Assembly (NCBI GenBank): GCA_002928515.1
Contig: PERI01000006.1
Span: 21,670 to 85,669, forward strand
DNA: 64,000 nt
Direction: 5' to 3'
Source of the DNA: Hyphomicrobium sp.
Lineage (GTDB): Bacteria; Pseudomonadota; Alphaproteobacteria; Rhizobiales; Hyphomicrobiaceae
Position numbers and translations under genes: made by a program. Within the stretch, counting starts at the first letter, position 1; every line of letters starts with the position of its first letter. The notes beneath the pieces are model-generated. The model had not been told where the DNA came from. It saw only the letters and a list, made by a program, of their open reading frames with translations, and did no database searches. Positions 18,724-28,401 of the stretch are shown one piece after another.

Positions 18724-19886
18724 TTTTTCTGCTCGGCCCAGTCGGCAAGCCTGCGCATAAACGTCATGCATTGATCGAGTTGGCTTTCTGCAATCCATTC
18801 GTTTGCCGTATGCGCCTGCGCGATGCTGCCTGGCCCGCATACGATCGAGGGTGCGCCTGCATCTTGAAATAGTCCCGCTTCGGTCGCGTAAGACACGGCA
18901 TAGGTTTCGTTCTGACCGGTGAGATAAAGTGCCAGCGTCACGATTTCCGATTTCGCATCGGCGCCGAATGGCGGCACGGCATTGGCGCGCGTGATGGTGA
19001 TATCGGCTTCCGGTGCAACGCTACGCATCTCGGGCAAGCATTCACGTGCAGCAAAATCTTTAAGACGCTGCTCGATCAGATCTGGGTCGAGACCTGGCGT
19101 TGCGCGAATTTCAAATCCGAAACGGCATGTCACCGGTATGATGTTGGCGGCTGTGCCACCCTCAATGCTAGTGACTTGTAACGATGCATAGGGCGGATCG
19201 AAGCGGTCGTTACGGGTTGTGATTTTCAATTCAGCTTCGATGCGAGCCAATTCTATAATCAAGCGTGCGGCATAGGAAATCGCGTTAATGCCCAGCGTCG
19301 CCATGCTTGAGTGGGCGGCACGGCCCGTGACTTCGACTTGCCAACGCACAGGGCCTTTGTGGGCATCGACGACCTGCATGGACGTCGGTTCGCCGACAAT
19401 GACGAGGCGTGGTTTCGGTAATGTTGCGCCGAATTCGGCAATCATCGGGCGCACACCGATACAGCCGATTTCTTCATCGTAAGAGAACGCCAAGTGGATC
19501 GGCTTGGCCAGATCGCGGCTTTTGAAATCTGGGACCGCGGCCAAGGCGCAGGCGAGAAAGCCTTTCATGTCGCTGGTGCCGCGACCGTAGAGCTTGCCGT
19601 CGGTTTCGCGTAATGCAAACGGGTCGGTATCCCAAGCTTGGCCATCGACTGGCACCACATCGGTGTGCCCGGATAAAGCAATGCCACCCATCTCAGTGGG
19701 CCCGATGGTTGCAAACAGGCTTGCCTTTTGCCCATCCGGCGTCGTTACGCGCGTGGATGTGACGCCATGTTGGAGCAAATAATCTTCGATGAAGGCGACG
19801 ATGCCGAGATTGCTTTTATGGCTCGTCGTGTCGAATGACACCAAACGTGCGAGCAATTCTGTTGGCGAATAGACCGGGCCCGGCAT
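18720..19886 (-). CDS. argE: Acetylornithine deacetylase (M20 family)
   Basis: LSGHTDVVP, YGRGTSDMKG, SYDEEIGC, GEPT, GPGSIAQAHTANE. Confidence 0.93.
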   Translation of the reverse strand: MPGPVYSPTELLARLVSFDTTSHKSNLGIVAFIEDYLLQHGVTSTRVTTPDGQKASLFATIGPTEMGGIALSGHTDVVPVDGQAWDTDPFALRETDGKLYGRGTSDMKGFLACALAAVPDFKSRDLAKPIHLAFSYDEEIGCIGVRPMIAEFGATLPKPRLVIVGEPTSMQVVDAHKGPVRWQVEVTGRAAHSSMATLGINAISYAARLIIELARIEAELKITTRNDRFDPPYASLQVTSIEGGTAANIIPVTCRFGFEIRATPGLDPDLIEQRLKDFAARECLPEMRSVAPEADITITRANAVPPFGADAKSEIVTLALYLTGQNETYAVSYATEAGLFQDAGAPSIVCGPGSIAQAHTANEWIAESQLDQCMTFMRRLADWAEQKN

Positions 19887-19928
19887 GCGAAAGGTTCCGG
19901 CGCGCGCCGCTCCTCAAATGCGAAGAAT

Positions 19929-20381
19929 TCAGTTCATGGTCCGTTGCGTGTAGGGACTATCGAGCGAAAACGCAGGAATAGCGACGTCGAACAGCGCACC
20001 TTTTTCGTCAGCCATTTGGTAGCTGCCAACCATAATACCCTGTGGCGTTTTGAGAGGGCATCCTGATGTATAACTGAACGTGCTGCCCGGTGCGATGGTT
20101 GGTGTTTGTCCGACAACGCCAGGGCCACGCACTTCTTCGGTGCGTCCCAGGGCATCGGTGATGCGCCATGTGCGGGTTTTGAGTTGCACAGTTTCCGTGC
20201 CGTCGTTGCTGATCTCGACCGCATATGACCAGACGAAATGGCTATCATCTGGCGAGGACTGGTCCTCCATATAGCGCGGCTCCACGCGTATGCGAATGCC
20301 GCGCGTGATGGTCTCGTACGCGTGCAGGTCTGCCGGCTTTTGCCGCTGTCTTTTCGACAATGGGTCGGTGCTCTTCGCCAT
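19929..20381 (-). CDS. apaG: ApaG protein
   Basis: WSYAVEISN, WRITD, EEVRGPGVVG, YTSGCPL.TPQG.M.GSY. Confidence 0.93.
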   Translation of the reverse strand: MAKSTDPLSKRQRQKPADLHAYETITRGIRIRVEPRYMEDQSSPDDSHFVWSYAVEISNDGTETVQLKTRTWRITDALGRTEEVRGPGVVGQTPTIAPGSTFSYTSGCPLKTPQGIMVGSYQMADEKGALFDVAIPAFSLDSPYTQRTMN

Positions 20382-20389
20382 ATCCCTCG

Positions 20390-21598
20390 TTACCTATATG
20401 CGGCGTCGAGCGCCGTATTTAGATCGTCGGCTAAATCTGCCGACGCTTCAAGTCCGATTGATAGCCGTATCATACCATCGGTGATCCCGAGCTCGCTGCG
20501 TTGTGCTGGGGTTAATTTGAAATGGGTCGTCGTTGCCGGGTGCGTCACGAGGCTTTTGGCATCACCGAGATTATTGGAAATTCGGATGAGCCGCATGGCG
20601 TTCAATGCACGAAATGCAGCGGCTTTTCCACCTTCGACTTCGAAGGCGATCATCTGGCCGCCGCCCGGCATTTGCGCTTTGGCGAGGGCTGCTTGAGGGT
20701 GATCGGCGCGGCCGGGATAAATCACGCGCGTCACGCCCTTGAGCTTGGTCAAAGCATCAGCCACTTGTGCGGCTGTCGCGCACTGCGCGCGCACGCGGAC
20801 GGGCAAAGTTTCCAATCCTTTGAGCATCACCCATGCATTGAACGGGCTGATGGATGGGCCGGTTTGGCGCACCCATTCCTGCACGTACTTGGTGATGAAG
20901 TAGGTCGAACCCAGCACGGCGCCGCCAAGACAGCGACCCTGACCGTCGATGTGTTTGGTCGTCGAATAGACGACGATGTCTGCGCCGAGAGCGAGCGGCC
21001 TTTGCAGCATGGGCGTGGCGAACACGTTATCGACAATCGACAAAATACCGGCATCGCGGGCGATTTTTGCAACGGCTTTGATATCGACCAATTCGAGATT
21101 GGGGTTCGATGGTGTTTCAAAGAAAAACATTTTGGTGTTGGGGCGTATGGCTGCGCGCCACGCATCAAGGTCGGTGCCGTCGATCAGCGTGCAGGCGATG
21201 CCAAAGCGTGGACACAGCGTCTCGACGATATAGCGGCACGATCCAAACAGCGCGCGGGCGGCAACGATGTGATCGCCGGTTTTGACGTATGCCAAGATCG
21301 CCGCCGTGACGGCTGCCATTCCAGTTGCAGTGGCGCGGCATTCCTCAGCGCCTTCGAGCATCTTCAAGCGATCTTCGAACATCGTGACGGTCGGATTGCC
21401 AAAGCGCGAATATTGGTATCCGGGATCTTCCTGCTTGAAGCGCGCCTCGGCCTGCTCGGCGTTGTCGTACACGTAGCCCTGGGTCAGAAATAGCGCTTCG
21501 GATGTTTCGCCGAATTGAGAGCGCACGATGCCGCCATGCACCAGCGCCGTCTCAGGCTGCCAATCGCGTTTCGTCGATGAAGTTTTATCGTCCGCCAT
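20390..21598 (-). CDS. metZ: O-succinylhomoserine sulfhydrylase
   Basis: RSQFGETSEALFLTQGYVY, YSRFGNPT, VDNVFATP, YSTTKHIDGQGR, NNLGDAKS. Start moved to MADDK 21598 because the ORF-track extension overlaps the riboswitch. Confidence 0.93.
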   Translation of the reverse strand: MADDKTSSTKRDWQPETALVHGGIVRSQFGETSEALFLTQGYVYDNAEQAEARFKQEDPGYQYSRFGNPTVTMFEDRLKMLEGAEECRATATGMAAVTAAILAYVKTGDHIVAARALFGSCRYIVETLCPRFGIACTLIDGTDLDAWRAAIRPNTKMFFFETPSNPNLELVDIKAVAKIARDAGILSIVDNVFATPMLQRPLALGADIVVYSTTKHIDGQGRCLGGAVLGSTYFITKYVQEWVRQTGPSISPFNAWVMLKGLETLPVRVRAQCATAAQVADALTKLKGVTRVIYPGRADHPQAALAKAQMPGGGQMIAFEVEGGKAAAFRALNAMRLIRISNNLGDAKSLVTHPATTTHFKLTPAQRSELGITDGMIRLSIGLEASADLADDLNTALDAAYR

Positions 21599-21687
21599 GT
21601 CAGACAACGCCTTTCGCGCCAATAAAAAACCCGATCTCCAAGGGCACCGGACATGCAAACAGCCGGGCGCGGGACATCGGGGGCGCA

Positions 21688-21748
21688 CTCGGCCTTTTAG
21701 CGACTTATTTAACGTGGCTGCAAGCCGACCGGCCAAAGGACCACGAGT
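21688..21748 (-). ncRNA. SAM-II (SAM-alpha) riboswitch upstream of metZ
   Basis: Minus strand reads CGUGGuccuuugGCCGGUCGGCUUGCAGCCACGUUAAAUAAGUCGCUAAAAGGCCG, matching the alphaproteobacterial SAM-II pattern (CGUGG/CCACG stem, UUGCAG, GCUAAA), in front of a methionine biosynthesis gene. Confidence 0.9.
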
Positions 21749-21840
21749 GATGCGTGGGGATACCGCCCACCGCCCGCGGCGTCAAGGCTTGGCGTTGTCG
21801 GCCGCATCGGTTAGAGCGGACACTAGAGAGCGAGGACGAG

Positions 21841-22980
21841 ATGGCAAAAACCCGCACGAACGCGGATACTTTAGCGCCTGCTGCGGAAAAATCTGACGCT
21901 GCGACATCGGGGATTTTACCATCGCAAGCGATTGCTGGATTGATCGACAACGGTGCCATCCGTCTTGTCGAAGCGCTCGCTGAAAACCAACTACAGCCCG
22001 CAAGCCTTGATCTGCGTTTAGGCGCCATTGCATATCGCGTGCGTGCGAGCTTTCTGCCGCAGCCAAGCACCGACGTGCAGTCAAAGCTCGATGAACTGGC
22101 GTTGCATACGATCAGTCTGAGCCAAGGCGCGGTTTTGGAAACGGGTTGTGTTTATATCGTGCCGCTCCTGGAAAGCTTGACACTGCCGCACGACGTCGAA
22201 GCGTCTGCCAATCCAAAAAGTTCGACCGGGCGGCTCGATGTGTTTACGCGCGTCATTGCCGACGGCGTTGCCGCGTTCGATCAAATTCCCGCTGGCTACA
22301 AAGGACCGTTGTACGCTGAAATCTGTCCGCAGACGTTTCCAATCGTGGTGCGCAAAGGTTCGCGATTGTCGCAAATTCGCTTCCGCACGGGCGTTGCGGC
22401 CAACACTGATGTGCAACTGAAAGAACTGCATGCGCGCGAGCGCCTTGTCTCCGATGGCACCGCTGATATCGCGGGCGGTATTGCGTTGTCGGTGGATCTG
22501 GCCGGCGACAAGGATGGGCTCATTGGCTTTCGTGCCCGGCGACATACCGGCGTTGTCGATGTCGATAAGCCGGCAAGTTGTCCGGTCGAAGATTATTGGG
22601 ACCCGATTTATGCGCGTGGCAAACAACGGCTGATCCTCGATCCCGATCAGTTTTATATTTTGGCATCCAAGGAAGCGGTGCATGTGCCTCCGACGCACGC
22701 TGCCGAGATGGTACCGTTCAATCCGCTTGTCGGTGAATTCCGCGTGCACTACGCGGGCTTCATGGATCCAGGGTTCGGCCACGATCCGGCAGGCGGGAAA
22801 GGCTCACGCGTCGTGTTGGAGGTTCGTTCGCACAAGGTGCCGTTTATCCTCGAACACGGGCAGATCATCGGTCGCTTGATCTATGAACAAATGACCGAAA
22901 TTCCAAACATTATCTATGGCCGCGACCTGAAATCGAACTATCAAGGCCAGGGCCTGAAGCTGTCGAAGCATTTCCGCTGA
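21841..22980 (+). CDS. dcd: 2'-deoxycytidine 5'-triphosphate deaminase (alphaproteobacterial two-domain type)
   Basis: QPASLDLRL, ANPKSSTGRLDVFTR, EFRVHYAGFMDPGFG, SNYQGQGLKLSKHF. ATG 21841 follows GAGGA (ORF track 21754). Confidence 0.9.
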   Translation: MAKTRTNADTLAPAAEKSDAATSGILPSQAIAGLIDNGAIRLVEALAENQLQPASLDLRLGAIAYRVRASFLPQPSTDVQSKLDELALHTISLSQGAVLETGCVYIVPLLESLTLPHDVEASANPKSSTGRLDVFTRVIADGVAAFDQIPAGYKGPLYAEICPQTFPIVVRKGSRLSQIRFRTGVAANTDVQLKELHARERLVSDGTADIAGGIALSVDLAGDKDGLIGFRARRHTGVVDVDKPASCPVEDYWDPIYARGKQRLILDPDQFYILASKEAVHVPPTHAAEMVPFNPLVGEFRVHYAGFMDPGFGHDPAGGKGSRVVLEVRSHKVPFILEHGQIIGRLIYEQMTEIPNIIYGRDLKSNYQGQGLKLSKHFR

Positions 22981-23025
22981 GTTGTTGCGGATCGCGTTCG
23001 CGTCCAGAAAAAACTCAAGCCCACG

Positions 23026-23379
23026 TCACATCTCGATGATTGGCTTGAAGCCGCCGAAGATCATGCGCTTGGTATCGAAGGGCATCTTGTCCATCATGGG
23101 CATGATGCGCGGGTCGGCCATCACTTTTTTCATCACGGCATCGCGATGCGCGCGCGACTTGTAAACGATCCAAGAGAACATAACGACTTCGCCGTCTTTG
23201 AGCTTCACGGCCTTGTCGAATGAGGTGATCTTGCCAGGCGGTACGTCATCACCCACACATTCTACGTATGCTAACGCGCCATATTCCATCCAGACCTTTC
23301 CGGCCTTGGTGGCGATTTTCTTGTACTCGGGAATATTATCTTTCGGCACGGCGAGAAGAAAACCATCGACGTAGGACAT
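23026..23379 (-). CDS. DUF1428 (YbaA-like) protein
   Basis: YVDGFLLAVP, YGALAYVECVGDDVP.GK.TSF, VMFSWIVYKSR.HRD, MPFDTKRMIFGGF. Confidence 0.9.
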   Translation of the reverse strand: MSYVDGFLLAVPKDNIPEYKKIATKAGKVWMEYGALAYVECVGDDVPPGKITSFDKAVKLKDGEVVMFSWIVYKSRAHRDAVMKKVMADPRIMPMMDKMPFDTKRMIFGGFKPIIEM

Positions 23380-23499
23380 GGGCGTGCTCCTTTAGTCGGC
23401 CGCTGGCGCGGCACGTTGTTAAAGTCCGTTCCTAAAATGACGATGGATGAGGCGATAATCCGACAGCCGCGTTGAAAAAAATTCCAACGCGGCTCTGGC

Positions 23500-23829
23500 T
23501 TACTTTTTCTTGTTTTTATCGCTCGCCTTCAAAATCGAGGCGATGACGCCGGGGAAGCGCTTATCCAGTTCACTGCATCTGAGCGAATTCACGACTTCTG
23601 TTCCGCGCCGCTCGGAGCGTATGAGACCCGCCTCACGCAACACTTGGAAGTGATGCGATTGCGTCGATTTGGGCAAGTCTGCTGGTGCTGCCATCGAGCA
23701 ATTCATACCGCATGCAGCTCCGCCCGCTAAGCGCTTGACGATCTCAAGACGCGTTGGATCAGCCAGGGCGTACAGCACGCTCTCCAGTGAAACATCGTCA
23801 ACAGCAGGGTGAACAAAAGGTCTTTGCAT
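23500..23829 (-). CDS. ArsR/SmtB-family transcriptional regulator
   Basis: ALADPTRLEIV...KSTQSHHFQVLREAGLIRSERRG. Start moved to MQRPF (23829). Confidence 0.88.
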   Translation of the reverse strand: MQRPFVHPAVDDVSLESVLYALADPTRLEIVKRLAGGAACGMNCSMAAPADLPKSTQSHHFQVLREAGLIRSERRGTEVVNSLRCSELDKRFPGVIASILKASDKNKKK

Positions 23830-23859
23830 GCCGAGATATCTAGACACGGAGTCGTGAAC

Positions 23860-23892
23860 ATTCAATAGTTCGATAATCTTGAACTACCGAAT
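23860..23892. promoter_or_regulatory. Palindromic operator between divergent arsR and SDR genes
   Basis: attc-aa-TAGTTCGA-taatc-TTGAACTA-cc-gaat imperfect inverted repeat. Confidence 0.55.
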
Positions 23893-23979
23893 AACCGTTC
23901 TTAAGTAAGTCGGGTCGTAGTGTCGGACGCTGACGTCCGCACAGCTTCAAAATGCAGTCGGCATCAACAAGAGGTTTCC

Positions 23980-24750
23980 ATGTCACGCCCACTCACAGGC
24001 AAAATCGCACTCGTTACAGGGGCCAGCCGCGGAATTGGCCGCGCTATCGCTGAAGCGTTGGCAAACGACGGCGCACTCGTGGCCGTCCACTACGGCAAAA
24101 ACAAAGCTGCGGCCGATGCGGTCGTGGCCAACATCACATCAGCGGGCGGCCAGGCTTTCGCCATCGGCGCCGACCTTGCACGAAAAACAGCCGCGCAGGA
24201 TTTGTTCAAGGAATTCGACCGCGAGTTGATGGCGCGCACTGGCAGCAATAAGTTCGATATTCTCATCAATAATGCCGGTATTGCGCCGTTCGCAGGCTTT
24301 TCTGAAACAACCGAAGCGGTGTTCGATGAAATCTACGCGGTCAATGTCCGGTCGTTGTTCTTCATCACGCAGGAAGCTGACAAGCGTCTGAATGACGGCG
24401 GCCGCATCGTTTCAACTTCCACAGGCGCGGTTCGCACGCCATACGGCCCTGTCACCGCCTACAGCATGCTCAAAGCCCCGCTCGACAACCTGACTAAGAC
24501 GTTGGCTGTCGAATTCGGTCCGCGCGCGATCACCGTCAACGCTGTCGCGCCCGGCGCTATCGACACGGATATGGCCGAGTTTCTGCGTGCCGACGAAGGT
24601 CGGGAATTTGCTCTCAGCAAGCAAGCTTTGAAGCGGATTGGGCAGCCTGACGATATCGCCGACGTCGTCGCTTTTCTGGCCGGACCGCGAGCGCGTTGGA
24701 TTACCGGCGAGGTCATCGAGGCGACGGGCGGGACCAATCTGACCTTCTAA
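23980..24750 (+). CDS. Short-chain dehydrogenase/reductase
   Basis: TGASRGIG, NNAG, YSMLK (YxxxK), NAVAPGAIDT. ATG 23980 follows GAGG. Confidence 0.92.
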   Translation: MSRPLTGKIALVTGASRGIGRAIAEALANDGALVAVHYGKNKAAADAVVANITSAGGQAFAIGADLARKTAAQDLFKEFDRELMARTGSNKFDILINNAGIAPFAGFSETTEAVFDEIYAVNVRSLFFITQEADKRLNDGGRIVSTSTGAVRTPYGPVTAYSMLKAPLDNLTKTLAVEFGPRAITVNAVAPGAIDTDMAEFLRADEGREFALSKQALKRIGQPDDIADVVAFLAGPRARWITGEVIEATGGTNLTF

Positions 24751-24817
24751 GGATAGCCCCGCCAAGCGCTCGGGATCGGCTCCCTCCCCGAATTCTCGCG
24801 CCGTGGCTTGTGGGCGA

Positions 24818-24855
24818 TGCAGGCAGAATGAGACCCCCCGCTCATTCTGCCTGCA
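24818..24855. repeat. Perfect 15-bp inverted repeat with a C-rich loop
   Basis: tgcaggcagaatgag-accccccg-ctcattctgcctgca. Confidence 0.85.
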
Positions 24856-25013
24856 CACTTATTTGGTGGGGGCGATAAATAATCTGTGTTTTTAGGCCAC
24901 AAATCGCTGATTTTTTGAATTTGCCTATAGAAAATCCCACAAAATAAGCGTTTTGTGCGGCCCGCGCTGTATTCTCCAGCGCATCTATCGATTCGTAAGA
25001 GGGACTAAAACCA

Positions 25014-25331
25014 ATGGCAAAAGCACCGGCCGCAGCGAAAGCCGCCGCAAAAATCGAAACTGTCACGCTCAAGCATATCGCTGCTACGCTGGCAGAAACG
25101 CATGAGATCCCGAAGAAGCAGTCGATCTTGCTGCTCGAAGATCTGGTTGCGACCATCGCCAAGCATTTGAAAAAAGGCGCACGCATCCGCATTGGCGGTT
25201 TGGGTGTTCTTCAGGTTCGCAAGCGCGCAGCACGTATGGGCCGTAACCCGGCCACTGGCGAAGCGATCAAGATCAAAGCTTCCAAGAAGATTGCATTCCG
25301 CGCTGCTAAAGAATTGAAAGAGTCGATCTAA
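25014..25331 (+). CDS. HU-family DNA-binding protein
   Basis: IRIGGLGVLQVRKRAARMGRNPATGEAIKIKASKKIAFRAAKELK; Ala/Lys-rich N-terminal extension. Confidence 0.93.
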   Translation: MAKAPAAAKAAAKIETVTLKHIAATLAETHEIPKKQSILLLEDLVATIAKHLKKGARIRIGGLGVLQVRKRAARMGRNPATGEAIKIKASKKIAFRAAKELKESI

Positions 25332-25376
25332 GCGACGTCTTTTTTCGATTTTGCTGACGTGTCATCACGTCGCCTG

Positions 25377-25405
25377 AAAGGCTGCCATAACGGCAGCCTT
25401 TTTTG
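25377..25405 (+). terminator. Intrinsic terminator after the HU gene
   Basis: aaaggctgcc-ataac-ggcagccttt followed by TTTT. Confidence 0.8.
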
Positions 25406-25410
25406 TGCGG

Positions 25411-26583
25411 TTAAGCGCCAGCGAAATAATTGCCGATGAAGCGGCCGTAAATATCGGTCAAGGCTTCGAGGTCGGCGACGCTGGTGCGCTCATCGACTTG
25501 ATGGATGGTTGCGTTGACGAGACCGAACTCCACAACCGGACAATGGTCTTTAATGAAGCGCGCGTCCGACGTGCCGCCGCCGGTTGTTAGCGCTGGCACA
25601 CGCCCTGTCACGGATTTCACGGCATCGCGCAGCGTTGACACCAGTGGACCCGGCTTGGTCAAAAACACATCGCCGGTGCCTGAAATCACTAAGTCGAATT
25701 TTGCGCCCAGTTCCTTAGCGGCGCTCTCAGTCGTGTCGCGCACCCAGGCTTCGATTTTCGGACGTGTCCAGGCATCGTTATAGCGGATATTGACGGTTGC
25801 GCGCGCTAGTCCGGGAATGACGTTGCTGGCGGTATTAGGCACCGAGATCACAGTCACTTGCACATTAGAGGGTTCGAAATTCGGCGTGCCCTCGTCAAGT
25901 TTAGCCGAAGACAGCCGGTCGATGATGCGCGCGAGCTTCGGCACCGGATTGTCGGCGATTTTCGGATATGCAGAATGACCTTGCTTGCCGTGCACGACGA
26001 TATCGATGTTGATCGAGCCGCGGCGTCCGATGCGGATCTCATCGCCAAGTGCTTTCGGGTTTGACGGTTCGCCAACGAGACAGGCATCGAGCACTTCGTC
26101 GCGTGCCTTCATCCAATCGAGCACTTTAACGGTGCCATTGATGGATGGGCCTTCTTCATCACCGGTAATCAAGAACGACAGCGATCCGCGCGGTAGTCCG
26201 TTATGTTGCCCGAGATACCTGAGTGCGGCTGCCGCGAACGCTGCCACGCAGCCTTTCATATCGACAGCGCCGCGTCCGTATAAAATGCCGTCGCGAATTT
26301 CGCCAGCGAACGGCGGCACGGTCCATTTGCTCTCATCGCCGACCGGCACCACATCGGTATGGCCTGCGAAGCACAAGTGCGGACGACCCGTGCCGAGGCG
26401 CGCATACAAGTTGTCAACGTCGGGAGTACCGGGTTCGGAAAACGTCATGCGATGACATACGAAGCCCATGGGTTCCAAAACGTTTTGCAGCAACGTCAAC
26501 GCGCCACCTTCGTGCGGTGTCACGCTTTCGCAGCGGATGAGCGCTTGTGCGAGTGCTACGGGGTCGGTGGGTGCGAAGGTCAT
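25411..26583 (-). CDS. dapE: Succinyl-diaminopimelate desuccinylase
   Basis: FAGHTDVVP, GRGAVDMKG, ITGDEEG, GRRGS, TGGGTSDARF, TIHQVDE. Confidence 0.95.
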   Translation of the reverse strand: MTFAPTDPVALAQALIRCESVTPHEGGALTLLQNVLEPMGFVCHRMTFSEPGTPDVDNLYARLGTGRPHLCFAGHTDVVPVGDESKWTVPPFAGEIRDGILYGRGAVDMKGCVAAFAAAALRYLGQHNGLPRGSLSFLITGDEEGPSINGTVKVLDWMKARDEVLDACLVGEPSNPKALGDEIRIGRRGSINIDIVVHGKQGHSAYPKIADNPVPKLARIIDRLSSAKLDEGTPNFEPSNVQVTVISVPNTASNVIPGLARATVNIRYNDAWTRPKIEAWVRDTTESAAKELGAKFDLVISGTGDVFLTKPGPLVSTLRDAVKSVTGRVPALTTGGGTSDARFIKDHCPVVEFGLVNATIHQVDERTSVADLEALTDIYGRFIGNYFAGA

Positions 26584-26596
26584 CAGCCTGCCTATC

Positions 26597-27352
26597 CTAC
26601 AAAAGCGCCGAGGGCGGTGGTGGCTTCAATTCGATCGGATCGCTTTGGGCCTGCATAATGCTGATTTTTTGCCAGATCTTATTAGACAGGTTGGTGGTCA
26701 GTTGACCGATATCGCTGACTGCGGAAATCACGCTCGTGTCTTTGGTGCTTTGCGAATACAGCGCGGCGACTTTAGCTGCCAACGATAACATTTCCGAGCA
26801 GTAGTCGAGATAACGCATCATTTCAAATTTTGTCAGGTCTCGCTGGGGCGCGTTGCCGGGGCCGGTGGCCACCGTGGCAGTGCGATCAGAACTTGGATCT
26901 TTGGGCAGTTGGTGCATATCTATGACGTGCACGATTGAGCGTATCTCATGGAGATGCTCCATGACTTTATGGCGCTTCCAGCGTGCTTCGAGGGATGTCA
27001 AAAATAACGCGCCAGCGCCCATGAGTAGCAGGATGTTGAATGCTGAATCCACGCCCTGCAACATGCCATAAAGATTTTCGGACTCGCGTTTTAGTTCGAT
27101 AATCGACGAGACCTTCATGAGCATGATCACGCCTATGACGAGCGTCGCGATGACGCCACCTCTCAGCGCGTAATTCGGTCGCGATATTTCTGTGATGCGC
27201 GATTGCGTTTCTGCAGCGATGTCTTTCAATTCTGCGCAGACGCGCGACAAGCCAGAGCCTGGCAGGCGTTGTGTAATGCGTTGCTCAAGGGTGATTAATG
27301 TCTTGATGATGTGATTGGGCTTGAGCTTTCGATAATTTGGCTCGTCAGTCAT
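26597..27352 (-). CDS. Uncharacterised two-TM helical membrane protein
   Basis: Fills the space between dapD and dapE with 6-bp and 13-bp gaps; two hydrophobic segments; HVIDMHQLPKDP and YLDYCSEMLSL blocks. Confidence 0.75.
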   Translation of the reverse strand: MTDEPNYRKLKPNHIIKTLITLEQRITQRLPGSGLSRVCAELKDIAAETQSRITEISRPNYALRGGVIATLVIGVIMLMKVSSIIELKRESENLYGMLQGVDSAFNILLLMGAGALFLTSLEARWKRHKVMEHLHEIRSIVHVIDMHQLPKDPSSDRTATVATGPGNAPQRDLTKFEMMRYLDYCSEMLSLAAKVAALYSQSTKDTSVISAVSDIGQLTTNLSNKIWQKISIMQAQSDPIELKPPPPSALL

Positions 27353-27358
27353 TGCTGA

Positions 27359-28201
27359 CTAATCCCGTAACAGCTCGTTGATGCTCGTTTTGCTGCGGGT
27401 TTTCTCATCGACGCGCTTGACGATGACCGCGCAATACAGGTTCGGGCCTGGCTCGCCGTTTGGCAAGGGCTTGCCCGGCATCGTCCCTGATACGATCACA
27501 GAATATGGCGGGACTTTTCCGAACATTTTCTCGCCCGTTGCGCGGTCGATGATGGTGGTCGAAGCGCCCAGATACACGCCCATCGACAACACAGACCCTT
27601 CGCCGACCTGCACGCCCTCGGCGACTTCTGCGCGTGCGCCGATAAAGCAGTTGTCTTCGATGATGACGGGTCCAGCCTGAAGCGGTTCCAACACGCCGCC
27701 GATGCCAGCGCCGCCCGAGATATGGCAATTCTTGCCGATCTGCGCGCAACTGCCGACCGTCGCCCAGGTATCGACCATCGTGCCACTATCGACGTAGGCA
27801 CCCAAGTTCACGAACGACGGCAGCAGAACAGCACCCGGCGCGATATAGGCGGAGCGCCGCACGATGGCACCTGGCAATACGCGGAACCCGCCTTTGCGGA
27901 AATCGGCTTCGGTCCAGTCTTTGAATTTTGGCTGCACTTTATCCCAGTAAAAACTGCCTGCCGGGCCGCCGGGAATTGTTTCCATGTCGTTTAGGCGAAA
28001 CGACAGCAGAACGGCCTTCTTCAGCCATTGATTGACGACCCACGCGCCGTCGCGCTTTTCGGCGACGCGGGCTTGCCCCTTATCGAGCAGATCGAGCGAT
28101 GTTTCGACAGCCTCGCGCACTGCGCCCGTTGTTGAGAAAGAAATGCTGTCGCGGGCATCCCAAGCGGCTTCGATGGTCGATTGAAGGTCGGCGTGGGACA
28201 T
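27359..28201 (-). CDS. dapD: Tetrahydrodipicolinate N-succinyltransferase
   Basis: [61 protein letters not shown]. Confidence 0.97.
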   Translation of the reverse strand: MSHADLQSTIEAAWDARDSISFSTTGAVREAVETSLDLLDKGQARVAEKRDGAWVVNQWLKKAVLLSFRLNDMETIPGGPAGSFYWDKVQPKFKDWTEADFRKGGFRVLPGAIVRRSAYIAPGAVLLPSFVNLGAYVDSGTMVDTWATVGSCAQIGKNCHISGGAGIGGVLEPLQAGPVIIEDNCFIGARAEVAEGVQVGEGSVLSMGVYLGASTTIIDRATGEKMFGKVPPYSVIVSGTMPGKPLPNGEPGPNLYCAVIVKRVDEKTRSKTSINELLRD

Positions 28202-28401
28202 GACGTGCGGTGCTCCTGATCGCTGGAACGAGGTGGAGAGCGGGTTGTGCAGCCCCTCAGTCCGAGTGTCAATTGCGGCTGGTGGACTGGGCTAAGTCGC
28301 CAGAAAAGTGTCGGCGCGTCATACACCGGATGCAGCGAATCTGGCATGTTCAGCGCCGCTCGTCCGGCTCTCGGCGACCTTTTCTCAAGGATGCGACGTT
28401 C

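Noticed and set aside
20522-21493. 323-aa plus-strand ORF
   Set aside because: Antisense shadow of metZ with no protein-like motifs. The same applies to other long shadows (13853-14605, 33131-33841, 39551-40387, 55730-56569, 63304-63933).
21599-21840. N-terminal extensions of metZ (to 21736) and dcd (from 21754) in the ORF track
   Set aside because: They overlap the SAM-II riboswitch and promoter region; downstream starts give typical protein lengths, and dcd has a ribosome-binding site at its downstream start.
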